From contig JAVEYS010000002.1 in NCBI GenBank assembly GCA_034003345.1, forward strand, positions 9,415-73,414: DNA of 64,000 bases, given 5' to 3'. The notes beneath the pieces were generated by a model that was not told where the DNA came from, did no database searches, and saw only the letters and a list, made by a program, of their open reading frames with translations. The translations under genes were made by a program, and so were the position numbers. Positions within the stretch are counted from its first letter, which is position 1. Each line of letters starts with the position of its first letter. The DNA is from Bacteroidales bacterium. Its GTDB lineage: Bacteria > Bacteroidota > Bacteroidia > Bacteroidales > VadinHA17. Positions 55,581 to 64,000 of this stretch are shown here, piece after piece.

Positions 55581-56459
55581 TTAATCATCCAGATGTCCGA
55601 ATTTACCGTTTTCCACATCCTCAAAAGCCTGATATATCTCTGTTCTGGTATTCATCACGAAGGGTCCGTGGGCAGCGATAGGCTCGCTTATAGGCTCACC
55701 GCTCAGTATGAGTGCTACAGAGTCTTCGATAGCTTCTATGGTAAACTTCTCACCGTCATTTCTGAATAGAACAAAGTGATCGGCGGGAGCCGTATCCGAT
55801 CCGTTAATAAGCACGCTGCCTTCAATGACGAGCAGCGCAGTATTATATCCTGCAGAGAATTCAAAATCAGCCACTGCTCCGGCCTTCATGCGGGCGTTCA
55901 TCAGTGCCATGGGAGTGAATGTGGAGGCCGGCCCTTTCACATCCCTGTATGACCCGGCGATGACCTCAATGATGCCGTTGTTGCCCGGAAGCTGAAACCT
56001 GCCCATCTGATCGTTCGTGACGGGCTGGTATTTGGGAGGTGACATCTTGTGTTCTGCCGGCAGATTGACCCATAGCTGCACCATTTGGAGATCGCCTCCC
56101 CTGAGGGCAAACTCCTTCTCATGATACTCCTTGTGCAGGAGGCCTGACGCTGCCGTCATCCATTGCACATCTCCCTCTCCTATCACGCCGCTGTTTCCAA
56201 AACTGTCGTGATGTGCTATCTTTCCCCTGTAAGCTATGGTAACCGTCTCGAAACCCCGGTGAGGATGTACCCCTACACCCCTGGGACTGTCAGTAGACGG
56301 AAAAAAGTATTTCGAATTATAATCGAGCAAAAGGAACGGATCCATCCTCTCCATGGTAAGCTGATCAACACCCGGGATGAAGTTGTGCACCCTGAACCCG
56401 TCACCCACAAAATGTACCGGTGGCGGAGATATAACCTGTTCTGCGGACCTTGTTTTCAT
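55581..56459 (-). CDS. Pirin-family (bicupin) protein
   Basis: The GVHPHRGFETVTIAYRG motif and two cupin halves. Start probably at M11 (ATG 56459). Confidence 0.85.
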   Translation of the reverse strand: MKTRSAEQVISPPPVHFVGDGFRVHNFIPGVDQLTMERMDPFLLLDYNSKYFFPSTDSPRGVGVHPHRGFETVTIAYRGKIAHHDSFGNSGVIGEGDVQWMTAASGLLHKEYHEKEFALRGGDLQMVQLWVNLPAEHKMSPPKYQPVTNDQMGRFQLPGNNGIIEVIAGSYRDVKGPASTFTPMALMNARMKAGAVADFEFSAGYNTALLVIEGSVLINGSDTAPADHFVLFRNDGEKFTIEAIEDSVALILSGEPISEPIAAHGPFVMNTRTEIYQAFEDVENGKFGHLDD

Positions 56460-56635
56460 GTTCTGAATCTTTACAGGGAAACAATACAATCTGCTATTTG
56501 TTTAACGCAATAAACAGGAATAAATAATCTTAACCCCGGGACTTCAGCCCAATAATCCGCAGCAATCTGCCGGGAATTTGCCAAAGTGATAATTAAAAAA
56601 TAAACCGGACTCTTGCTGTTTTGCAATTCTGTAAT

Positions 56636-56643
56636 TATCTTTG
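56636..56643 (+). promoter_or_regulatory. Candidate -7 promoter element (TATCTTTG) of the efflux operon
   Basis: Exact TAnnTTTG match 45 nt upstream of the TetR ATG. Confidence 0.5.
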
Positions 56644-56687
56644 ACCCGTTGGTTAAATGTTATGGTTAAACCTAATAGTTAAACTAA

Positions 56688-57323
56688 ATGTCTAAATCAG
56701 GTCCGACTGACGGTCATACTCAGGAAAAGATATTCCTGGCAGCAACGGAAATCTTTGAGGAAAAGGGCTATACCGGAGCAAGGATGCAGGAGATAGCAGA
56801 CAGGGCCGGGATTAACAAGGCACTGCTCCACTACTACTTCAGGACGAAAGACCAGCTATTCATGGCTGTGTTCCATGTGCTGCTCAAAAAGATGTTTGAA
56901 AAGATCTTCTCTATCTTTCAGGAAGATATATCGTTCAAGGAGAAGATAAGGCGCTATCTGGACGAACATATTGAATTCATGATCAAGAATCCCAAACTGC
57001 CAATTTTCCTGCTGAATGAGCTGTCACGCAATGATTCTCTTGCTGAGAGCCTTAAAGAGATGATCATTTATCAACAGGTGCGTGAAATGATCTACACCAA
57101 ACATGCTAAAGAGCTCAAGGCTTATGGAATTAAGAAGAATGACATGCCTCAGCTGATGGTCACACTGGTATCATTCTCCATCTTCCCCTTTGCGGCAAGG
57201 GATATGCTTAAAATAGTAATACCGGAATTAGCTGACAACAAGAAGTTCAATGCTTATATGAGGGAGAGAAAGGAATTTGCTGCTGACTTTCTGTTCACAG
57301 CATTAAAACACCGTAAGAAATGA
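56688..57323 (+). CDS. TetR/AcrR-family transcriptional regulator
   Basis: N-terminal HTH (TGARMQEIADRAGINKALLHYYF). 211 aa. First gene of the efflux operon. Confidence 0.88.
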   Translation: MSKSGPTDGHTQEKIFLAATEIFEEKGYTGARMQEIADRAGINKALLHYYFRTKDQLFMAVFHVLLKKMFEKIFSIFQEDISFKEKIRRYLDEHIEFMIKNPKLPIFLLNELSRNDSLAESLKEMIIYQQVREMIYTKHAKELKAYGIKKNDMPQLMVTLVSFSIFPFAARDMLKIVIPELADNKKFNAYMRERKEFAADFLFTALKHRKK

Positions 57324-58603
57324 AAAGAACAGTTTTTACCATCTTATTGATTGCATCAGCGGCGGCAGCCTGGGCACAGAATAGCGTTACACTGTGGCAG
57401 TGTTATGACTCCGCCGCTATTGTAACACCATTGTCAGGAGAGAGGGATATATATTCCAGGATAAGCCAGCTACGCGATCAGAACCTCGCCTCGGCATGGC
57501 TGCCGTCACTTGACCTTAATGGCACCTTCTCATACCAGTCAGATGTTGTCGATCTTTCAGACATGCTGGGATCCCTACCCATCTCCACCGGCTCACTGCC
57601 AACAGTCCCGCATGAGCAGTACAGGGCGACATTTGATGTCAGCCAGGTACTGTGGGACGGTGGTGTAACCCGCAGTGCACGGGAGGTGGAGAAGGTGGTT
57701 AATGAGTTAAATCTCAGGCAGAATGAAGCTGATATCTACCGCCTCAGGGAACAGGTAAATAACTATTTCTTTCCTTTACTGCTGACGAAGAGCCAGATAG
57801 AGGTGACGCAGCTGCTGCTGTCAGAGCTTGACACACGCATCGGGGAACTCTCTTCAGCCATTGAGAATGGTGTTGTCACACCCATGACCCTTGACGTGCT
57901 CAGGGCTGAGATGATCAGGGTTGAACAGACTCTCAATGAGCTTGTCAGGCGTCATGAGGCCTTTACGGCGGCTCTGGAGCAGATCACAGGGATACAGGGC
58001 CTTAAGGATGCTATCCTGTTGCTGCCGGAAACCATCATCACCGGCGAGGAGTCCATTGACAATCCTGACCTGCGCCTGTTTGACATACGCAGCCACCAGC
58101 TTGAGTTATCAAAAAACCTTCTTAAGAGTCAGCGTATGCCCAGGGCATTTGGATATGCCCAGGCAGGTTACGGCAACCCTCCCGGCAACAACTTTCTTTC
58201 AGATAAGGCCGACTTTTATTATTCACTGGGGGCAGGCATAAAGTGGAATATCTTCGACTGGAATAAGAACAGTAATGAGAGGAGGTCACTGGCCATGCAG
58301 CAGCAGCTGCTTGACATAAAGAAAATGTCTGTGGAGGAGTCGCTTCAGCGTCTGCTGACAGTCAGGATGGCTGAGATAACATCATTACTGGAAGCTTCCG
58401 GCCGCGATGAGGAGCTGATCGGTATACGCAAAAAGATAACTGCAGCAGCCGCGTCTCAGCTAAAGAATGGGACGATAACGGCTTCGCAATACCTTACCGA
58501 GCTTAACAATGAGAAGCAGGCGGTCATCGCAGCCGCTGCAAGAATGATAAGTATCTCAAGGGCTGAGATTGACTATCTGTACATTACCGGATACAATAAA
58601 TAA
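57320..58603 (+). CDS. TolC-family outer-membrane efflux protein
   Basis: 427 aa with a signal peptide and two-repeat coiled-coil-rich composition. Overlaps the TetR stop by 4 nt. Confidence 0.8.
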   Translation: MKRTVFTILLIASAAAAWAQNSVTLWQCYDSAAIVTPLSGERDIYSRISQLRDQNLASAWLPSLDLNGTFSYQSDVVDLSDMLGSLPISTGSLPTVPHEQYRATFDVSQVLWDGGVTRSAREVEKVVNELNLRQNEADIYRLREQVNNYFFPLLLTKSQIEVTQLLLSELDTRIGELSSAIENGVVTPMTLDVLRAEMIRVEQTLNELVRRHEAFTAALEQITGIQGLKDAILLLPETIITGEESIDNPDLRLFDIRSHQLELSKNLLKSQRMPRAFGYAQAGYGNPPGNNFLSDKADFYYSLGAGIKWNIFDWNKNSNERRSLAMQQQLLDIKKMSVEESLQRLLTVRMAEITSLLEASGRDEELIGIRKKITAAAASQLKNGTITASQYLTELNNEKQAVIAAAARMISISRAEIDYLYITGYNK

Positions 58604-58701
58604 CAGGTTTTAAGACCCACATGTTTCCAGACACAAACACAAATAGATTTTACCTGCAATCATTCGTGGTTGCTCTATACCGTTCAAATTAAAATGATAC
58701 T

Positions 58702-59583
58702 ATGATGAAAAAGTTACTTATACCCGTTATTCTGATCCTCATTGCCGGCTGTGGCCGTGGCGGCAGTGACGCTGATGCCTGGGGCACCTTTGAGGCTGAC
58801 GAGGTCATCATCTCTTCAGAGACGACGGGCAGGATCGTTCTTATGGATGTCACTGAAGGCACTCTTGTGGCGGGCGGTGCCGTCATCGCCGTCACCGACA
58901 CGACGATGGCTGTTCTGCAGCGTGCCGAGCTGGATGCGGTGACGGCGCAGGCGCAGGCGCGCCTGGCGGGCATAGCGGCGCAGGACGCCGTCATACACCA
59001 GCAGATGGATAACCTCAGCGTCAACGTAGAGCGTACGCGCCGCATGCTCGCTGACGGCGCCGCCACCGGGAAGCAGCTCGACGACCTCACCGGACAGATG
59101 GAGGTGCTCCGCCGGCAGTCGGAAGCCAACAACACCCAGCGCCGTGCCGTGGCTGCCGAGCAACAGGGGGTGGCTGCCAAACGCGCCCTCCTCAACGAAC
59201 AGATAGCACGCAGCACCGTCCGCGCCCCCTATGAAGCCACCGTCATACAGAAATACGCCTCAGCCTGGGAGATCACTGCCGCCGGCAAGCCGCTAGTTAA
59301 GCTTGCCGACATGAAGACCATGAAGCTGAAGGTGTGGGTCAGCGGAGCACAGCTGGCCGAGGTGAACACGGGAGCCAAATGCACTGTCCGTACAGATGAT
59401 GGAGTAAAGGGCTTCAGGGAGCTAACCGGCACAATAACTCATGTCTCGGAGAAGGCTGAATTCACCCCAAAGATCATACAGACAAAAGAAGAACGCGTGA
59501 CACTGGTATATGCCGTGACCATAGAAGTGGTGAATGACGGCTCAATAAAATCAGGTATGCCCGGCGAAGCAATCTTCAACTGA
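58702..59583 (+). CDS. HlyD-family membrane-fusion (periplasmic adaptor) protein
   Basis: 293 aa with an N-terminal anchor (LILIAGC), a long Ala/Gln/Arg coiled-coil hairpin and a C-terminal beta-barrel (VRAPYEATV...GMPGEAIF). YbhG-like. Confidence 0.85.
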   Translation: MMKKLLIPVILILIAGCGRGGSDADAWGTFEADEVIISSETTGRIVLMDVTEGTLVAGGAVIAVTDTTMAVLQRAELDAVTAQAQARLAGIAAQDAVIHQQMDNLSVNVERTRRMLADGAATGKQLDDLTGQMEVLRRQSEANNTQRRAVAAEQQGVAAKRALLNEQIARSTVRAPYEATVIQKYASAWEITAAGKPLVKLADMKTMKLKVWVSGAQLAEVNTGAKCTVRTDDGVKGFRELTGTITHVSEKAEFTPKIIQTKEERVTLVYAVTIEVVNDGSIKSGMPGEAIFN

Positions 59584-59584
59584 T

Positions 59585-60496
59585 ATGGCTGCCATTGAGG
59601 CTTATAATATAACCCACAGGTACGGCAGCGTCACTGCCGTTGACGACATCTCCTTTACCGTTGATGAGGGTGAGCTGTTCGGATTCATCGGCCCTGACGG
59701 TGCAGGCAAGACCACCCTCTTCCGTATCGCTGCAACCCTTATCATACCTGCCGGAGGCAGGATGACGCTGTTAGGCCTCAACACCGTCAGCCGCTACAGG
59801 GAGCTGCGTAACCACATAGGGTACATGCCGGGGCGCTTCAGCCTCTACCAGGATCTCACCGTGGAGGAGAATCTGAACTTCTATGCAACCATCTTCGGCA
59901 CCACGGTCAGGGAGAATTACCATCTCATTGAGCCTATTTACAAGCAGATAGAACCATTTAAGAAACGGCAGGCCGGACGTCTCTCGGGAGGGATGAAACA
60001 GAAGCTGGCTCTCTCCTGCGCTCTCATACACAAACCAAAGATCCTGATCCTTGATGAGCCTACTACCGGCGTGGATGCCGTCTCGAGAACAGAGTTCTGG
60101 GAGATGCTGTCGCGATTGAAGAATGAAGGCATAACAATTATCGTTTCAACACCCTATATGGATGAAGCCCTGCGCTGTGACCGCATCGCCCTCATACAGA
60201 ACGGAAAGACCATGGGTATCGATACGCCTGACAGTATAAGGAATTCATACGGCAGGAAACTCTATTCCGTCAGTCATGCCGACAAATACCGGTTGTTGCA
60301 GTCTCTGCAAACTGTTCCCGGCACACTGAGCAGTGAGCCCTTTGGCGATGCGATGCATGTCACATTGCAGCCGGGCACAGGAACGGAAGACCTAAAAAAA
60401 GCACTGGCATCGGCAGGACTGCCTGATGCTGCAATCAGGGAAATCATCCCGGGTATTGAAGATGTATTTCTCGATCTCATGAAGAAAGAAGGGTAA
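59585..60496 (+). CDS. ABC transporter ATP-binding protein (first NBD)
   Basis: Walker A GPDGAGKTT, signature LSGGMKQK, Walker B ILILDEPTTGVD. Confidence 0.9.
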   Translation: MAAIEAYNITHRYGSVTAVDDISFTVDEGELFGFIGPDGAGKTTLFRIAATLIIPAGGRMTLLGLNTVSRYRELRNHIGYMPGRFSLYQDLTVEENLNFYATIFGTTVRENYHLIEPIYKQIEPFKKRQAGRLSGGMKQKLALSCALIHKPKILILDEPTTGVDAVSRTEFWEMLSRLKNEGITIIVSTPYMDEALRCDRIALIQNGKTMGIDTPDSIRNSYGRKLYSVSHADKYRLLQSLQTVPGTLSSEPFGDAMHVTLQPGTGTEDLKKALASAGLPDAAIREIIPGIEDVFLDLMKKEG

Positions 60497-61239
60497 TGGA
60501 AAGGGATAAAGTAATAGAGGTACATGATCTTGTAAAAAAGTTCGGGACGTTTATTGCTAACGATCACCTCTCCTTTGACGTCTTCAAGGGAGAGATCTTC
60601 GGATTCCTTGGTGCCAACGGAGCAGGAAAAACGACCGCCATACGTATTCTCTGCGGCCTCTCAAAGCCGACATCAGGCAAGGTACTGGTGGCAGGGATAG
60701 ATGCCGGCCGTCAGCCTGAGGAGATCAAGAAACGGATAGGCTATATGTCGCAGCGTTTTTCCCTCTACGAAGATCTGACGGTGAATGAGAATATCGAGCT
60801 CTACGGTGGCATCTACGGCATGACCATGAAGGAGATCCGCCCACGCAGGGAGGAGCTGCTCTCAAGGCTCAGCTTCACAAAGTATGGTTCCACGCTGATA
60901 GGATCCCTGCCCCTGGGGCTGAAGCAGAAGCTTGCCTTCGCGGTGGCAGTCTTTCATGAACCTGAAATAGTGTTCCTCGACGAACCCACCAGCGGTGTCG
61001 ATCCCATCACAAGACGGCAGTTCTGGGAGATGATCTACGAAACAGCATCACGAGGAATAACGGTCTTCGTAACAACACACTATATGGACGAGGCCGAATA
61101 CTGTGACCGTGTTACCATCATGAGTGAGGGCAGGATAGTCGCACTTGACACACCCTCTTCCCTCCGTACAGAATCCGGCACAGCATCTATTGAAGAGCTG
61201 TTCATAAAGATAGCAAGGCCAAAAACAGAATCATTATGA
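60496..61239 (+). CDS. ABC transporter ATP-binding protein (second NBD)
   Basis: Walker A GANGAGKTT, degenerate signature LPLGLKQK, Walker B VFLDEPTSGVD. Confidence 0.9.
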   Translation: MERDKVIEVHDLVKKFGTFIANDHLSFDVFKGEIFGFLGANGAGKTTAIRILCGLSKPTSGKVLVAGIDAGRQPEEIKKRIGYMSQRFSLYEDLTVNENIELYGGIYGMTMKEIRPRREELLSRLSFTKYGSTLIGSLPLGLKQKLAFAVAVFHEPEIVFLDEPTSGVDPITRRQFWEMIYETASRGITVFVTTHYMDEAEYCDRVTIMSEGRIVALDTPSSLRTESGTASIEELFIKIARPKTESL

Positions 61240-62357
61240 AGAGGTTCATGGCATTTGTAAAGAAGGAGTTTCTCCATATCTTCCGCGACTACCGGACACT
61301 GATAATACTGTTCGGGATACCGGCAGCGCAGATCCTTATCTTCGGTTATGCCGTACGCACTGATCTGAAGAATGCAAACATAGCCGTGCTTGACAACGCC
61401 CATGACGAGGTGTCGCAGGCGCTGACACTGAAGCTGGAAGCCTCGGAATTCTTCACCGTCAGTAACCGCCTCAGTTCATATGATGAGGTAAATGCCACCT
61501 TTAAGAAGGGGAAGATTAAGGCGGTGATCATCTTTCCGGAGAATATGGCTGAAAAGCTGACCCGTGAAGGCAATGCCACGGTAAGTATCATCGCCGACGG
61601 ATCCGAGCCAAACACTGCCAGTCTTGTCACAGGATACACCACAGGTATACTGAGCGACTACTCCTCGTCGCTGACGAAAGAGCTCACTGCTGCCCTTCCG
61701 GTGATAAACCCTGAGGTCCGTATGTTTTTCAACCCCAATCTCAAGAGTCACTTTATGTTCGTTCCGGGGGTTATAACCCTCATCCTCCTTCTTATCAGTG
61801 CCCTGATGACCTCGGTCACCATCGTCCGCGAGAAGGAGTTCGGCACCATGGAGGTACTACTGGTCTCACCCCTTAAACCCTGGCAGATAATCGTCGGCAA
61901 GGTGGCCCCCTATTTCTTTCTCTCACTGGTGAACGTGATAGTGATCCTCCTGATGGCATGGTTCGTCTTCGACCTTCCGGTACGCGGAAGCATTGCTCTG
62001 CTGATCGCTGAATGCATGCTCTATATTCTTCTCGGACTGGCCATAGGCATCCTCGTCTCGGCATCGGTGGACAAGATGGAAAATGCCATCTTCATATCCT
62101 TTATGGCGCTGATGCTTCCCACCATCCTGCTGTCCGGATTTATTTTTCCTATTGAGAATATGCCCAAGGTTTATGACTATGTGAGCATGTTGCTTCCCCC
62201 GAGATGGTTCATCGAAATAATACGTTCAATAATGATCAAGGGGGCGGGATTTGGATATGTCTGGAAAGAGACACTGGTGCTTGTTGTCATGGCAGTCTTT
62301 TTCATGGTTCTCAGTGCCAGGAAATTCAAAGTAAGACTCGGGGAGGGCGGAAAATGA
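61236..62357 (+). CDS. ABC-2-type transporter permease
   Basis: 373 aa with one N-terminal TM helix, a large periplasmic loop and a C-terminal TM bundle (YbhS/YbhR-like). Overlaps its neighbours by 4 nt. Confidence 0.85.
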   Translation: MKRFMAFVKKEFLHIFRDYRTLIILFGIPAAQILIFGYAVRTDLKNANIAVLDNAHDEVSQALTLKLEASEFFTVSNRLSSYDEVNATFKKGKIKAVIIFPENMAEKLTREGNATVSIIADGSEPNTASLVTGYTTGILSDYSSSLTKELTAALPVINPEVRMFFNPNLKSHFMFVPGVITLILLLISALMTSVTIVREKEFGTMEVLLVSPLKPWQIIVGKVAPYFFLSLVNVIVILLMAWFVFDLPVRGSIALLIAECMLYILLGLAIGILVSASVDKMENAIFISFMALMLPTILLSGFIFPIENMPKVYDYVSMLLPPRWFIEIIRSIMIKGAGFGYVWKETLVLVVMAVFFMVLSARKFKVRLGEGGK

Positions 62358-63496
62358 AGAGACTGATGTTCCTGTTAAGGAAGGAGTTCCGCCAGATAGT
62401 GCGCAATCCGTTCATGATCAGGGCTATTATTGCCGTGCCGATAGTCCAGATGCTCATCCTCGTCCCTGCCGTTACCTTCGAGATTAAACGAATAGATCTT
62501 GCTGTCATTGACAACGACCGGTCGCCCTCGTCACGTGAGCTTCTCTCGCGGCTGACAGGGTCATCATTCTTTGTCATCACGGCCATCCCGGGCAATACCC
62601 GGGAAGCGGAGTCGATGCTCTTCGCCGGCACCGCAGATATGGCACTGGTGATTCCGCACGATTTCTCAGAAGGTCTCGCCGGTATGACAACACCCAGGCT
62701 AATGGTGCTTACCGATGCCGTCAATGCCACCACCGCTCAGCTCTCGTGGAACTATTTCACCTCGGTGGTACGCGATTTCAACCGTGATATCATCATAAAC
62801 AGCGGAAGAGCAGGCGCGTCACTCACAGCCTCACAGGGAACAGCAGCAGCAATACCCGGAATAGGGGTATCACAACGATACTGGTATAACCCGACACTTA
62901 ACTATAAATATTTCATGCTTCCAGGTATCCTTGTCATCCTCATCACTGCCATTGGACTCCTGATGACAGGCCTGAACCTTGTCAGAGAGAAAGAGGCCGG
63001 GACAATAGAACAGATCAACGTCACTCCCGTAAAAAAATGGGAGCTTATAGCCTCGAAGGTAATCCCGTTCTTCATCATCGGGCTGCTTGATCTGGCACTG
63101 GGACTCGGCATCGGGTGGATAGCATTCGATATACCCTTCGAGGGAAGCCTGATGCTCTTCTTTGGCTGTGCATCAATATTCCTGGTGGCAGTGCTTGGAC
63201 TGGCGCTTTTCTTCTCCACGATGGCGTCAACGCAGCAACAGTTCCTCTTCGTGGCCTTCTTCTTCGTGATGATATTCATACTGATGAGCGGCATCTTCAC
63301 ACCCGTAGAGAGTATGCCGCTGTGGGCTCAGCAGTTCAACTGGGTTAACCCGGTGGCTTATCTCATGCGCATTAACCGCATGGTGATGCTGAAAGGGTCA
63401 GGGTTCAATGATATTGCACGTGATATGGGTATGCTCTCACTGCTGGCCATAGCCTTCATCATCATGGCTATACGGGCATACCGCAAGAGGGCCTGA
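62354..63496 (+). CDS. ABC-2-type transporter permease (paralogue)
   Basis: The track ORF begins at 62204 inside the preceding gene. The ATG at 62354 (MKRLMFLLRKEFRQI) parallels the MKRFMAFVKKEFLHI start of the paralogue and forms an ATGA overlap. Confidence 0.85.
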   Translation: MKRLMFLLRKEFRQIVRNPFMIRAIIAVPIVQMLILVPAVTFEIKRIDLAVIDNDRSPSSRELLSRLTGSSFFVITAIPGNTREAESMLFAGTADMALVIPHDFSEGLAGMTTPRLMVLTDAVNATTAQLSWNYFTSVVRDFNRDIIINSGRAGASLTASQGTAAAIPGIGVSQRYWYNPTLNYKYFMLPGILVILITAIGLLMTGLNLVREKEAGTIEQINVTPVKKWELIASKVIPFFIIGLLDLALGLGIGWIAFDIPFEGSLMLFFGCASIFLVAVLGLALFFSTMASTQQQFLFVAFFFVMIFILMSGIFTPVESMPLWAQQFNWVNPVAYLMRINRMVMLKGSGFNDIARDMGMLSLLAIAFIIMAIRAYRKRA

Positions 63497-63693
63497 GACA
63501 TCTTCAGGAGTGTAGAGGGGCTATAGCGGCGGAAAATTTCAGCAGAGCAAATATTTTCTTCCCGGATAATCTATCTGAAACAGGTCCGGATACGGCATAT
63601 AGTGCTATCTCTCCGTAGAATAGGGCTACTGTTTTATGGAATTTCCTATCTTTTTGCATCATTATCCATAGTACACACTAAAACTATTGAGAA

Positions 63694-64000
63694 ATGAAAA
63701 AGATTGCCATTTTCAAAATCCTGACTATCTGTTTTCTGCTGGCAGCATCAGAGTTTTTACTGAAAGGCGTGCAGACAAAACCAGACGATCAGTTCAGCCG
63801 GAAAGAACTGCAGACAAAGTCAGACGATCAGTCCAGCCGAAAAGAGCTGCAGACAGATTTCCTACAGTTCAGACAGCTCCTTGAAGAGAACCATTGCTGC
63901 CTTTATGAATACTCATCCAGGGAAAAGATGGACAGTCTCTTCGGCCTCAGCTATAATCGCATTAATGATTCGATGAAGCTGGAGGAATTTTTCCGCCTGC
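63694..64000 (+). CDS. Secreted S41-peptidase-like protein, N-terminal fragment (continues past window end)
   Basis: My own translation from ATG 63694 reads MKKIAIFKILTICFLLAASEFLLKGVQTKPDDQFSRKELQTKSDDQSSRKELQTDFLQFRQLLEENHCCLYEYSSREKMDSLF... It has a signal peptide, and the LxxDFxxFRxxLEExHxxLYxY pattern is common at the N-terminus of Bacteroidetes S41-type proteins (from memory). It replaces track ORF 63687..63884, which is in another frame. Confidence 0.5.
   Translation, partial: MKKIAIFKILTICFLLAASEFLLKGVQTKPDDQFSRKELQTKSDDQSSRKELQTDFLQFRQLLEENHCCLYEYSSREKMDSLFGLSYNRINDSMKLEEFFRL
63772..63849 (+). repeat. Imperfect 39-bp tandem duplication (QTKPDDQFSRKEL / QTKSDDQSSRKEL)
   Basis: cagacaaaaccagacgatcagttcagccggaaagaactg is followed directly by cagacaaagtcagacgatcagtccagccgaaaagagctg. 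A third unit starts (cagaca) and then diverges. Confidence 0.85.

Noticed and set aside
58689-59216. 175-aa and 115-aa minus-strand ORFs opposite the HlyD gene
   Set aside because: They are a by-product of the local 70-78% G+C, where stop codons are rare in all frames. The Arg/Ala/Ser/Cys-rich translation is typical of such artefacts. The plus-strand HlyD frame has the expected anchor, coiled coil and barrel.
62204-62353. N-terminal 50-codon extension of the second ABC-2 permease in the track
   Set aside because: It overlaps the previous permease in another frame. The ATG at 62354 gives an N-terminus parallel to the paralogue and forms an ATGA coupling overlap.
63687-63884. 65-aa track ORF (MRNEKDCHFQ...)
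   Set aside because: It has a TTG start and no signal peptide, and the internal 39-bp duplication keeps its frame open. The +1 frame from ATG 63694 gives a proper signal peptide and stays open to the window end.

Overview
About 64 kb of a Bacteroidota chromosome. The phylum call rests on a SusC/SusD pair, many lipoprotein-type signal peptides, recurrent TAnnTTTG -7 promoter motifs, and GT3/GH57/GH133 glycogen genes. I call 56 protein-coding genes. Two are truncated by the window edges: a recQ fragment at 1..555 that the ORF track misses, and an S41-like gene at 63694..64000 that the track reads in the wrong frame. I also call one tRNA-Leu(UAG), five rho-independent terminators, and several candidate promoters and operators. 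I recognised no rRNA, CRISPR array, transposase, integrase or phage gene. Layout: (1) 1-15.4 kb is housekeeping (recQ, tatC, lptB, tRNA-Leu, tig-clpP-clpX, thyA-folA, rplU-rpmA, serS, ruvC, comF). (2) 15.4-31.6 kb is a visibly AT-richer block of about 16 kb bracketed by two direct copies of the same hairpin. It holds a LacI-regulated SusC/SusD polysaccharide-utilisation-type locus with three nucleoside-hydrolase-fold lipoproteins, an exported ADP-ribosylglycohydrolase-family lipoprotein, a ribokinase and an RbsU-like permease. (3) 31.6-37 kb holds HIT, greA, three low-complexity exported proteins, ahcY and ribF. (4) 37-48.2 kb is a glycogen cluster of eukaryote-like enzymes, including a 1414-codon GT3 synthase-GT35 phosphorylase fusion and a GH57 enzyme with a histone-H1-like KKPAA tail. 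(5) 48.4-56.5 kb holds two TlpA-like lipoproteins, lpxH, a tandem GHKL-like protein, comM, crcB and pirin. (6) 56.7-63.5 kb is a TetR/TolC/HlyD/2xABC/2xABC-2 efflux operon with a sharp intragenic GC spike. The best candidate for an undescribed system is the ribose/ribosyl-conjugate-type PUL at 15.7-31.4 kb. All functional calls come from reading motifs by eye, and no database search was possible.
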